From a virus, in the IMG/VR virus record IMGVR_UViG_3300033997_000310, positions 50,802-114,801 of that record: a DNA stretch of 64,000 nt. The stretch is one strand, 5' to 3'. Positions 20,355 to 29,163 of the stretch are shown one piece after another. The position numbers and the translations under genes were made by a program. Each line of letters opens with the position of its first letter. Positions within the stretch are counted from its first letter, which is position 1. The notes under the pieces are model-generated. The model did not search any database, was not told the origin of the DNA, and saw only the letters and a program-made list of their open reading frames with translations.

Positions 20355-20467
20355 GGCGGCTCACCGGGCTTGAGGTGAGCGCATAATACCGCATCCGGTC
20401 GATTGCAGGAATGGCCAACCTATAAGCATGACTTACAGGTTGCTATCGGCCCGCTGGTCAAGTGCTA

Positions 20468-20634
20468 TTTTTCGTCCACGCTCATTTGCGTGGTGAGTGA
20501 ATCCAGCCCCAGGTAAACGAGATTCTGCCCCTCATTGCCGCTCCCACTAAGTGCGGGGTGAGTGATCCAGCGCGATGCCATTCATATAAGGCTGTCATGT
20601 TGTCACCCCCGCCCAAATGCGGGGTATGTGAACC
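20468..20634 (-). CRISPR. Mini-array: 3 divergent ~36-nt repeats and 2 ~30-nt spacers
   Basis: Repeats start at about 20468, 20534 and 20599 (period 65-66). The 20599 copy GTTGTCACCCCCGCCCAAATGCGGGGTATGTGAACC closely matches the main-array repeat at 23876. Confidence 0.75.
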
Positions 20635-20692
20635 GATCCAGCCACAAAGCACTGACATGGAAAGAAAACCAGCGCCTGTGACCAGGGAAAAA

Positions 20693-22906
20693 TCACGCTG
20701 CGACCTCCTGTTTCACCGCATACGGGAACACTTCCGCGTAACCGTACACATCATCAAACCCCGACCGGAACCGTTCCGGGATGCAGTCGGAGAAGCCGGC
20801 GAACGAGGCGTCGTTGTAAGCCCGCGCCCGGCGGTTGCTGGTGATGCTCTGCGGCAGCGGGAACCGTGGATCGAGCATCCAAACCCGCACGTCGTCGCTG
20901 GCCTGACGGATGCCGCGACCGAAGCCCTGTTTCAGCCGCTTCTTGGCCCCCAGGGCGACGCTGGAGAAGTCGATAGCCCGGATGGCATCTTCCGACAGCC
21001 CGCGCGCACGCAGGGCCGCCGCACGGGCCCCAGAGCGGGCATTATCGAGCGATCCGAACGGCAGTCGGGTGACGACGAGGTTCTGCACCATGCCGGGCAG
21101 ATCGACGCCTTCCCATGCCGCCGGGGAAATCAGCAGAGCGTTCGGCGTTTCGCGGTACTTGGCCAGCGCATCAACCAGCTTCGTGCCGCGCACATGCTCA
21201 ATCACGTCAACCCCAGCCGCACGGACGCAAGCGGCAATTGCCTGCGTGTCGACATAGCTCGTGGTCAGCACCAGCGTGCGCCCGCCGGCGGCATGGGCCG
21301 CAACGACGCCATCAGCGGCATATTCAACCCAGGCCGGGTTGGTGGTGACGATTTCCTCATCGTCGACCTTGGCCGTGGGGCGGGGAGCGGCGCGATCCGC
21401 CAAATGCAGGGAAGACCAGCGCCCGAACACTTCCGGCGCGAACCGCTGGCACCGATCCGGCGACACGTTCTTGACCTTCTCCGGGTTGGACCGGTCGTAA
21501 TAGATGCCGACCTCGCTGCGGAACGACCGGAAGTCGGCATCGCTTTCCGACTGGCTCCGAGCCGGCGCGTCCAGGGTGGCGCTGGTGAAGACCAGCGAAC
21601 GCAGGAACGGCGCATATTCCGTGCCGTCCGACGACTTGCCGGGCTTGAACAGGCGCGCGGCCAGCCGGCCAGGATAGACCGGCACGATGCTGAGGGACGG
21701 ATAGGAGCGTACCGGAGACCAGCGCAGCAGCGGGCACTGAATGGCCGAATGCTCGCCTTCCTTGGCGTCCAGCGTGCCGTTGGCGAAGCTGCGCAGTTCC
21801 TCCACCATGTCACGCATCTCCGCGACGACACCGGCATCAACGCCGGCTTTCTTGCCGCGCGTGGAAGCCTCCAGCAGCAGACCGCTGAGATAGACCGCGT
21901 GCCCCACGGCTTCCTTGCGCAGATCGGCCATGTTCGGGGCCGAAAGCAGGACATGCCCGCCACGATCATCGCGCGTGAAGCCGGGGCGATGCTCCATCTT
22001 CTCGAAGGTGGCCCCCATCCATGCTTCCCAATCCTTCAGGGCGGCGAACGCCTTGATGGTGTCGATACCGGCGTCACTGACGGCGGTGAGCGTGCGGCGC
22101 ATCATCGGGGCAGAGACGCGAGTGTCAAAAACCGATTCGGCGGCGTGCGGGATGCGGTCGGCCTCATCGATCACGCCGATATCGAATCCGTCGCTTTCAC
22201 CGGCCAGCAGCCGGTTCCACCGGATGGCGGAAATCATGGTCAGGGCATGGTTGGTGACGACGATATCGGCGGTATGACTGCCAACAACGTGGTCCTTGTA
22301 CCGCTGCTGGTCATCGTCGCTGCACACGGCGGTGAGGCACACGTCTGCCTCGGAAATGCCGCACGGCAGCGGGCCGAACGTCTCTTTCCACTCCGCGATA
22401 TCGCCGCTGGCCTCTGCGAAGCTGCGCAGCGCCTCCAGGCTGATCCGGGCATCGTCCGTGAGCGCGCCATCGGTGGCCATGGCAGCCATCAGTGCAACGA
22501 TGCGGGACGGTGACAGGAAGTTGCGGCGACCCTTGCGCACGGCGGCGCTGATCTGGATTCCGGTGATGGCCTTGGCGACCGCGATGGCGACCGGCACGTC
22601 CTTGCCCATCAACTGCGTCTGCAGATTGATGGTGTATGTGCTGACCAAGCCGCGCTGCCCGGTGCGGGCGCAATGCACGGCCATGGGAACCAGATAGCCC
22701 AGCGACTTGCCGACGCCGGTTTCGGCTTCATAGAGCGACACTTCGCCGATGCCGGGTGTGGCGTTCTCGAAGCTGTTGGCAACCGCCTTGGCGTAGGCGA
22801 TTTGCTGGGGATTGGGGCGATACGCCTTGCCCAGCTTCTTCATTTCGGCATCAACGGGACCGCCAGCGGCGAACGCGGCGGCGACGATTTCAGAGAGAGT
22901 CGGCAT
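20693..22906 (-). CDS. csf4: CRISPR-associated DinG helicase (type IV-A)
   Basis: EAETGVGKS, IDEAD, SAT, EGVD and QGFGRGIR SF2 motifs; flanked by arrays; next to csf2. Confidence 0.9.
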   Translation of the reverse strand: MPTLSEIVAAAFAAGGPVDAEMKKLGKAYRPNPQQIAYAKAVANSFENATPGIGEVSLYEAETGVGKSLGYLVPMAVHCARTGQRGLVSTYTINLQTQLMGKDVPVAIAVAKAITGIQISAAVRKGRRNFLSPSRIVALMAAMATDGALTDDARISLEALRSFAEASGDIAEWKETFGPLPCGISEADVCLTAVCSDDDQQRYKDHVVGSHTADIVVTNHALTMISAIRWNRLLAGESDGFDIGVIDEADRIPHAAESVFDTRVSAPMMRRTLTAVSDAGIDTIKAFAALKDWEAWMGATFEKMEHRPGFTRDDRGGHVLLSAPNMADLRKEAVGHAVYLSGLLLEASTRGKKAGVDAGVVAEMRDMVEELRSFANGTLDAKEGEHSAIQCPLLRWSPVRSYPSLSIVPVYPGRLAARLFKPGKSSDGTEYAPFLRSLVFTSATLDAPARSQSESDADFRSFRSEVGIYYDRSNPEKVKNVSPDRCQRFAPEVFGRWSSLHLADRAAPRPTAKVDDEEIVTTNPAWVEYAADGVVAAHAAGGRTLVLTTSYVDTQAIAACVRAAGVDVIEHVRGTKLVDALAKYRETPNALLISPAAWEGVDLPGMVQNLVVTRLPFGSLDNARSGARAAALRARGLSEDAIRAIDFSSVALGAKKRLKQGFGRGIRQASDDVRVWMLDPRFPLPQSITSNRRARAYNDASFAGFSDCIPERFRSGFDDVYGYAEVFPYAVKQEVAA

Positions 22907-23020
22907 GTTTGAGTTCCTGTTTGCAGATGGTGATGGGAAAGGTACATCATGGCGGGCAATGAGAAAAGTGCATAATTTGACCGGCCCCGGCAGGCGGGGG
23001 GATTTTTGCGTTCATCACTC

Positions 23021-24307
23021 AGTTGACGGACCCGCAGCGGCGGGTGGCGGCATGAACGAGAAGCCGCAGTTGCGCACCTCTTTTTCGTCCCCGCGCTGGC
23101 GGGGAAAGGGGCGTTGCCGAATCCGTCCTTTATCAATTTCCATACCCGCAACTGCGTGGTCGCTTGGTCGGCGGTCGTGACCGCTCCACCACCGAGTTTT
23201 CACCCCCGCGTGTGCGGGGAAGGCCACGGCTGTCTTGCGCGTCGGTCTACGGAGCCATTTTTCATCCCCGCGCGTGCGGAGCAGCATTGGCGCTGGATAT
23301 CATCGCGGACCTGAACCAATTTCCGTCCCCGCACGTGCGGGGGAGGCCTGGACGGCAGAGACCTACCAGCGCCTCGATTGTTTTCGTCCCCGCGCGTGCG
23401 GGGGATACCCCGCCACCTATCGCCGCAATGGCGTGTTCCTGTTTTCGTCCCCGCGCGTGCGGGGGAGGAATGAACATCCAATCAATGTGCAAGCCCTGCC
23501 ACTTTCCGCCCCCGCCCATGCAAGGCTTCCCATTTTATCAAGCAGTCGTCATTGGCCGCTCTTTCCACCCCCGCCATGCAGGGAACCGTCCGCCCGATGT
23601 TGGCTCCATCCATCTGGTTGTCGTCCCAACGAGTGCTGGGAAAGTGATTCTGCCACGGGTTGAAATGGTGGCGTCGATATTTTCACCCCCACTGGATTGC
23701 GGGGTAGGTGAGGCATCGTATCGGTTTCGTCAGACCCGGCCAAGTTTCCGTCCCCACCAGAATGCGGGGCAAGAGAGACGAAGGCTGGCACGTTCAAGGT
23801 GGTGTTCGTGTTTCCGTCCCCACCAGAATGCGGGGTAAGCAAAACGCTGTCCTTGCCGCTGGTACGTCGCCTCACGTTTCCGGCCCCGCCCAAATGCGGG
23901 GTATGTGAACCCTCATTTTTCCGATTTCGTACCCATCAAACGTTTTCGTCCCCGCCCAAATGCGGGGTAAGAGAGACACATGCACAAGGCTGGCCTGATA
24001 ACCGGTTGTTTCCGTCCCCACCTAAATGCGGGGTAAGAGAGACCGGCGCCCGGGTGAAGCGGATGGCCCGCCAGTTGTCGTCCCCACCTAAATGCGGGGT
24101 AAGAGAGACACATCGGGGGGTGAATCCGAACAGCGATCTGTTGTCGTCCCCACCTAAATGCGGGGTAAGAGAGACGCTCGTCATCGCTCAGAAGATCCCG
24201 CTCCAGTTGTCGTCCCCACCTAAATGCGGGGTAAGAGAGACTCCCGCCGACGGCCATCGGGCGCGGTATAGGTTGTCGTCCCCACCTAAATGCGGGGTAA
24301 GAGAGAC
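23021..24307 (-). CRISPR. Main CRISPR array, about 21 repeats of two classes
   Basis: Ten 36-nt repeats start at 23679, 23744, 23810, 23876, 23942, 24008, 24074, 24140, 24206 and 24272; the last four are identical (GTTGTCGTCCCCACCTAAATGCGGGGTAAGAGAGAC). About 11 shorter repeats start at 23021, 23081, 23136, 23196, 23258, 23319, 23380, 23441, 23502, 23561 and 23617 (e.g. GTTTTCGTCCCCGCGCGTGCGGGGGATAC). Confidence 0.95.
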
Positions 24308-24408
24308 TGATCCTAACACAACTCATTGCAATCAAATACGAATTACGCATTCGCATTTGAAAAAAACCATGATGTACTTGTTCAAGAACCGGTGAAAATG
24401 CGCGCTTT
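24308..24408 (-). promoter_or_regulatory. CRISPR leader
   Basis: AT-rich non-coding stretch abutting the most conserved repeats. Confidence 0.7.
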
Positions 24409-25470
24409 TTACGGCGCGCGGAAGTTCAGGCTGGTCACGTCGGTGGCATCCCAGGCCGCCAGCGCGGAAGCGATGATGCCGGTATCCAGCAACTCCAGGC
24501 CACCGAACGGTTCGATCTGGACGCTGCCGACATTTGCGAAGCCGTCACCTTCCCGCACCGTCACCGTCCAGGTGCCGCTGATCACCCCGCAGCCGTGATT
24601 CGCGTGCGCCCCGACAACCGGGTCCAGCGCCAACTCACGCAGCGCGGCCAAGAACAGGCCCAACTCCAGCTTGGTCACGTTCCGCAGAACCATGCGCTGG
24701 TTCAGCACCTTACCCTGCGGGATCACCTCGTAACCGCCCAACACCTGCTTGATGTTGACGCCGGCGGCCTCGACCTGCCCCTTCAGCGCGTCACGCTTGG
24801 CGGACAGTTCCGCGACTTCAGCAGCCGCATCGGCATTGCCCTTGGCGTTCTTCACGGCCTTGCGCAGGGCCGTCTCGATGTTCTTCAGTTCGGCCTTGGC
24901 CTTGCTGTTGCTGGCACCTTCCTCCGACATGGACAGCCACTTGTCGCGCTCGCCATCAGCCAGGGTATTGAGCGTGTCCGGGGTGCGTTCCATGTCATCG
25001 CTGCGGATGCCAGCGATCTTATCCGGTTCGGTCGGCTGTTCCGGCACGGCATGGCTCACCATCAGCTTGCCGGCGGTATGCGCGGCCATGCTGCCGAAAA
25101 GCGAGATCAGCGGGTTCGCGGCACGCAGATTGGCCGCCGCGATGATATCGGCCTTGCTGTCGCTGCCCTTGTCCTTGATGCCGCCGACCACGTTGAAATA
25201 GTGGTCATCCAGGGTGAAGACGGGAGCGCCATCACCCTGCACCGCGCGGCGAACGACGGTGAGCGCGTGCCGACGCAGCTTTCCGCGCAAGCCGGAGCCA
25301 GGGAAATAGACGGTCTCGGCATTGCCCACGGTCATGCGGGGCAGACGCGACGGCGGGTTCTTCTCGCGTTCGGCGCGCTTCTCGGTCTCGGTCTTCGGCG
25401 GGCAGGTGGCCAGAGGCGATTCGGTGGTGATGGTGCCGTTCAGGACGACGGTATAGGTCTGGGTGTTCAT
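24409..25470 (-). CDS. csf2: Type IV CRISPR backbone subunit Cas7
   Basis: Motifs GTITTESPL, FPGSGLRGKLRR, NPLISLFGS, GKLMVSH and VGAHANHGCG. Start moved to ATG 25470 because the longer ORF runs through repeats. Confidence 0.9.
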   Translation of the reverse strand: MNTQTYTVVLNGTITTESPLATCPPKTETEKRAEREKNPPSRLPRMTVGNAETVYFPGSGLRGKLRRHALTVVRRAVQGDGAPVFTLDDHYFNVVGGIKDKGSDSKADIIAAANLRAANPLISLFGSMAAHTAGKLMVSHAVPEQPTEPDKIAGIRSDDMERTPDTLNTLADGERDKWLSMSEEGASNSKAKAELKNIETALRKAVKNAKGNADAAAEVAELSAKRDALKGQVEAAGVNIKQVLGGYEVIPQGKVLNQRMVLRNVTKLELGLFLAALRELALDPVVGAHANHGCGVISGTWTVTVREGDGFANVGSVQIEPFGGLELLDTGIIASALAAWDATDVTSLNFRAP

Positions 25471-25520
25471 GTTCGTGTTCCATGTTGGGTAGGTGCGGGG
25501 TGGCCCGCGATCGAGTGTGT

Positions 25521-25858
25521 TTTGTCGGCCCCGCGTGGGCGGGGCATGAGCAGAAACCCACTCGACCTCTGGGCGGTGACTTTTCGCCCCCGCGTGTGCG
25601 GGGCGAGAGTCGGTCGGGATGTGGCCAATCACCTTCTCGTTATCGTACCCGCGCGGGTGCGGGTTTTGGTCTTGACTGTCACTGAACTTCGCAATCTCCA
25701 TCCTCTTGCCGTCCCCGTGCTCGTGCGGGGTGAGGGGTGCGTCGTTCGATTACTCGGATGACAACGAAGTCCTTACCGTCCCCGCGCACGTGCGAGGCAT
25801 CGGCTGTTGTGCTTTCGGATCAAGACCAGCCCTTTCCATCCCCACTCACGCCGGGAAC
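25521..25858 (-). CRISPR. Degenerate array between cas6 and csf2 (6 repeats)
   Basis: Handle plus CCCCGC..GCGGGG hairpin units start at 25521, 25580, 25639, 25705, 25772 and 25832 (periods 59, 59, 66, 67, 60). Confidence 0.75.
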
Positions 25859-26421
25859 AGCCGCAACATCCCCATGCCATAGCTCTTGGCCGGGCCGATG
25901 CCGATCTTCATCGCATCCGTCAGTGCATCGGCATCGGTAACGCGCAACGCGCCGGTGAAGGTGGTGAAATCTAAGCCGTCCTTGCCGATCTTCGCCTCGT
26001 TGCGCATGACATGGCGGAACTCTGTGCGGAGCGCGACTTGCTCGACCACGAAGCCGTGCTTCAGCCCGCGCGCCTTGAGCCAGTCCATCCGGCCCTCATC
26101 GTCCCCACGACGCAGCATCACGCGCTTGCCGCGCTGCCCGCCGTTGCGCTGATCCACGCGGATGCACCGCGTCGGATGCGCCGTCAGCACGAAGCGGTAC
26201 GTGCAGCCTTCGACTGGCAATGCCACGTCGTCGGCGTGCTGGGCAACTGTATCGGGCAGGTTGTCTGAGCGAATCACGATGCCAGGCGCGGCCTCGTCAA
26301 TCGCAAACAGGAAATCCCGCGTCTTGTCGCTGCCTTCACCAAGCATGAAGGCATAGGCCATTTCATGCAGAGCATAGCGGTTGTGGGGCAGGGCGGGCAG
26401 TTGGATGGAGACTTCACGCAT
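25846..26421 (-). CDS. cas6: Cas6e-like crRNA endoribonuclease
   Basis: C-terminal G-loop GIGPAKSYGMGML; YRFVLTAHPT, WL....KHGF and FTGALRVTD motifs. Confidence 0.9.
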   Translation of the reverse strand: MREVSIQLPALPHNRYALHEMAYAFMLGEGSDKTRDFLFAIDEAAPGIVIRSDNLPDTVAQHADDVALPVEGCTYRFVLTAHPTRCIRVDQRNGGQRGKRVMLRRGDDEGRMDWLKARGLKHGFVVEQVALRTEFRHVMRNEAKIGKDGLDFTTFTGALRVTDADALTDAMKIGIGPAKSYGMGMLRLFPA

Positions 26422-26424
26422 TTT

Positions 26425-27114
26425 TCAGCCCTCGTTCTTCTCGCGGTCACCGCACAGCAGCGACAGCATGTTGAAATCATCGCTGCCCACGGCGGGCAGG
26501 CGGTCGATAACGGCGTCCAGCGCCGGGCACTTGACGATCATGGCGTCGATTTCTGCGTCGATCGATTCCGCCTCTGAGTGATTGCGCTTACGGCGCTCCA
26601 GGGCGCGGGCGGCGGCCCGCCATTGCATCGGCGCGATGCCGTCCAGATCGGCATAAAGGCCTGCAACCAGGGCGCGGTTGATGGTTGCGGTCTCGACGCC
26701 GGAAAGGCTGATCACATCGCTGCCGTAATTGATCCGCCAGTTGTGGATCGTGTTCCAGTCCTTGCCATGGATGACGACCATGAACGGGCTGGCCGGCGGC
26801 GACAGGACGATTTCGGCAATCCAGTTGGGAATAGTGCGCCAAGATCCATCATGGATCACAGTGCTGGCCGGCGGCTGGCGGCACGGCTTGATATCGGCCA
26901 TCAGCACGCAGCCGGTCTCAGTGACCAGCGACATGGCCTTGCCGCCACCCAGGCGAACCGCAGAACCGGCATTGGCCGCGTGCGCGTGGTTGCGGGACAG
27001 GGCAACGATGGCCGGATTGCTTTCATTACTCACGGCAGAATGAAGGTACTGGCCAATGCCGCGATACCAGAAATCCAGCGGGTCAAGGTTGATGATGTCC
27101 ATTGCTTGCCTCAT
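26425..27114 (-). CDS. csf1: Type IV large subunit (Csf1/Cas8-like, no zinc finger)
   Basis: Position between csf3 and cas6; LSPPASPFMVV resembles the Csf1 L.PP.PPF motif; no CxxC pairs. Confidence 0.6.
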   Translation of the reverse strand: MRQAMDIINLDPLDFWYRGIGQYLHSAVSNESNPAIVALSRNHAHAANAGSAVRLGGGKAMSLVTETGCVLMADIKPCRQPPASTVIHDGSWRTIPNWIAEIVLSPPASPFMVVIHGKDWNTIHNWRINYGSDVISLSGVETATINRALVAGLYADLDGIAPMQWRAAARALERRKRNHSEAESIDAEIDAMIVKCPALDAVIDRLPAVGSDDFNMLSLLCGDREKNEG

Positions 27115-27797
27115 GCGGCCAGAAAGCGCGGGGAAATCACGGCGTCGCCAACCGGATTAGGCACGGCGCACAGTGCGTAGTCGCCTTGCCAATACGGCGG
27201 CTGAAATCGCTCCGCATTCAGCGCGGCGCGCTGATTGGACAGCTTCCCCCAGATGCTGACGGGGACAGGCCGGGCCGGACTGCCATCAGCCAGGGCCAAG
27301 CCGACGTGGTGGCCAGTCACTTCCCGCACATCAATGCGGGACACCTGACCATATCCGACGGAACGCTTGGTTCCGATGCCAGATGCGTCGGACAGCAAAT
27401 CCTTGACGGCGGCAACGTCTCCGGTTCCGCAGAACCAGACGGCATCGGCATTGATGCTGGTGTATTCCGACAGGCTGTTCTGGTAATCGCCCCGCGCGCT
27501 GTCGATGCGCGGGAGCGCCTTGCGCCCGCCGTTCGGCCGGATCATGTCCGGCGTAATTTCCATGTCGGCACGGATTGAGCCGACGATCATCACGCCGCGC
27601 AATGGAGAATTGCCATCGATGAAAGCCTGCGAACCAGCCCAGACGCCGCTGCTGCGATCCAGCGGGATTTCTGCGTGTGCGCGTTCAACGCTGCCGGTGC
27701 GCTCATAAATCAGCGCCGCAAGCAGTCCATCAAGCAGCAGCCGACGACCCGGAATGACCGGTGTTGCCATGCTGATCTTGATCACAAACGGGGTCAT
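27111..27797 (-). CDS. csf3: Type IV CRISPR Cas5 subunit
   Basis: Motifs LLDGLLAA, IPL, WFCGTGD, GIGTKRSVGYGQV, ARPVP and PPYW. Start uncertain (27797 or 27854). Confidence 0.85.
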   Translation of the reverse strand: MTPFVIKISMATPVIPGRRLLLDGLLAALIYERTGSVERAHAEIPLDRSSGVWAGSQAFIDGNSPLRGVMIVGSIRADMEITPDMIRPNGGRKALPRIDSARGDYQNSLSEYTSINADAVWFCGTGDVAAVKDLLSDASGIGTKRSVGYGQVSRIDVREVTGHHVGLALADGSPARPVPVSIWGKLSNQRAALNAERFQPPYWQGDYALCAVPNPVGDAVISPRFLAA

Positions 27798-27962
27798 CCG
27801 ACCTCCTGTTGTCTGCGTTTCGATGGGCTGATATTGATAAATTCCATTACGCAACGCAAGCAGGAAAATGAGAAAAGTTCATTATATTGCTGCGAGGCAT
27901 GAGATTGGACGTTTTCCAGATTCGCGGTATGATGGCGCGACTCGGGAAGCAATGGGGCCGCC

Positions 27963-28616
27963 ATGTCGATCATCACGCTTTCGCTGCTGGCAGCCGCCAT
28001 GCCGGACTCCACTACACAGAACCGCGAGCGATATGCCGATCCGCTGGGCGACGCCTGCGTTCGCTTCGGAATCACGTCCCCCAAGCAAATCGCCATGTTC
28101 ATTGCCCAAGTCGGGCATGAGAGCGGCTATCTCCGTAGCGTTCAGGAAAGCCTGAACTACCGGGCCGAGGCGCTGGTTCCGACCTTCGGTTCGCATCGCA
28201 TCACCGCTGAACAGGCGGCCCGGCTTGGCCGTTCCGGTGATCGTCCGGCTGATCAACAGGGCATCGCCAACGTCGTGTATGGCGGAAGGTTCGGCCAGGA
28301 CATTCTTGGCAACACCGAACCAGGCGACGGCTGGCGGTTCCGCGGCCGCGGGCTGATCCAGACGACGGGCCGGAAGAACTATGCGACGTGCGGGGCTGGT
28401 ATCGGCCTCGACCTGATCAGCAATCCTGACTTGCTTCTTGAGCCTGAACATGCCGCCGCGTCAGCCGGTTGGTTCTGGTCATCGCGTGGTCTGAACCGGT
28501 TCGCGGACGCTGGAGACCTTGAAGGTTGCACCAAGAAGGTCAACGGCGGACTGAAGGGCTTGGATGATCGCCGGGCCATCTATGACCGCGCCCGGAAAGT
28601 GTTCGGGTTGCCATGA
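27963..28616 (+). CDS. Endolysin, glycoside hydrolase family 19
   Basis: FIAQVGHESG, ESLNY, GDGWRFRGRGLIQTTGRKNY and VNGGLKGLDDR motifs. Confidence 0.93.
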   Translation: MSIITLSLLAAAMPDSTTQNRERYADPLGDACVRFGITSPKQIAMFIAQVGHESGYLRSVQESLNYRAEALVPTFGSHRITAEQAARLGRSGDRPADQQGIANVVYGGRFGQDILGNTEPGDGWRFRGRGLIQTTGRKNYATCGAGIGLDLISNPDLLLEPEHAAASAGWFWSSRGLNRFADAGDLEGCTKKVNGGLKGLDDRRAIYDRARKVFGLP

Positions 28617-28888
28617 CCGATTCCGCTTACACACACACCGAAGGCGCTTTCCCGAACACCCCGCGCTGGTCTGCTCGGCGCTTTGGCATGATCCTGGCCC
28701 TGTTTATGTCCGGCGTCATCATGATCGGCCTTGGCGTGCATCCAGGTATTGCGGAAGCGCGGGCACTCCGCCTGATCGACGCCGGAACGGAATGCCTCAT
28801 GTTTTCGTCGCTTGGCTTTGCGTTTGCCGCGTCGGCTGAGCGCATCGGCGGGTGGTGGACTGCCAAGCGACCGGTGGCGGCATCATGA
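28613..28888 (+). CDS. Putative holin
   Basis: 91 aa with two TM segments; overlaps the endolysin stop. Confidence 0.6.
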   Translation: MTDSAYTHTEGAFPNTPRWSARRFGMILALFMSGVIMIGLGVHPGIAEARALRLIDAGTECLMFSSLGFAFAASAERIGGWWTAKRPVAAS

Positions 28889-29163
28889 AGCTGCTGTTCT
28901 GCCGGGAATGCGGCGATGTCCGCAAGCTGCATGTCAATCGTGAATTGCATGCGTGCGCCTGTGGTGCGTCCGCTGGCCGGTATGTCGATGGGCTGAACGC
29001 CGAAGTGACCGGCCCGTGCCTCGCTCTTGGCATCGACAACAACTCGCTGCGCCTGGCTCTCACAAACCACGAGCGGTCACCACGTATGGACGGCCTGGGT
29101 CACCGCATCGAGGCGTTCATCATCCCTGAAACGGCCCCAACCCTTCGGAGGGTGCAAAGATGA
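28885..29163 (+). CDS. Small Cys-rich hypothetical protein
   Basis: MKLLFCRECGD..CACG; ATGA-coupled at both ends. Confidence 0.65.
   Translation: MKLLFCRECGDVRKLHVNRELHACACGASAGRYVDGLNAEVTGPCLALGIDNNSLRLALTNHERSPRMDGLGHRIEAFIIPETAPTLRRVQR

Noticed and set aside
20381-20430. Possible fourth repeat of the mini-array, and a hairpin near 22984
   Set aside because: Too degenerate and off-period to support.
20558-22513. Long antisense ORFs (also 9572-11464, 40009-41829, 5008-6372, 12628-13950)
   Set aside because: Shadows of GC3-rich genes on the opposite strand, with no recognisable motifs.
23715-24271. Full-length self-targeting by recent spacers
   Set aside because: No full match in this window was noticed by eye; this is not exhaustive and needs alignment.
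23799-24395. ORF with repeated SSPPKCGVRET and other ORFs over 23015-24400
   Set aside because: Artefact of the 66-bp CRISPR period being a multiple of three.
25471-25701. 77-aa N-terminal extension of Csf2
   Set aside because: It runs through degenerate repeats; Cas7-like sequence begins at ATG 25470.
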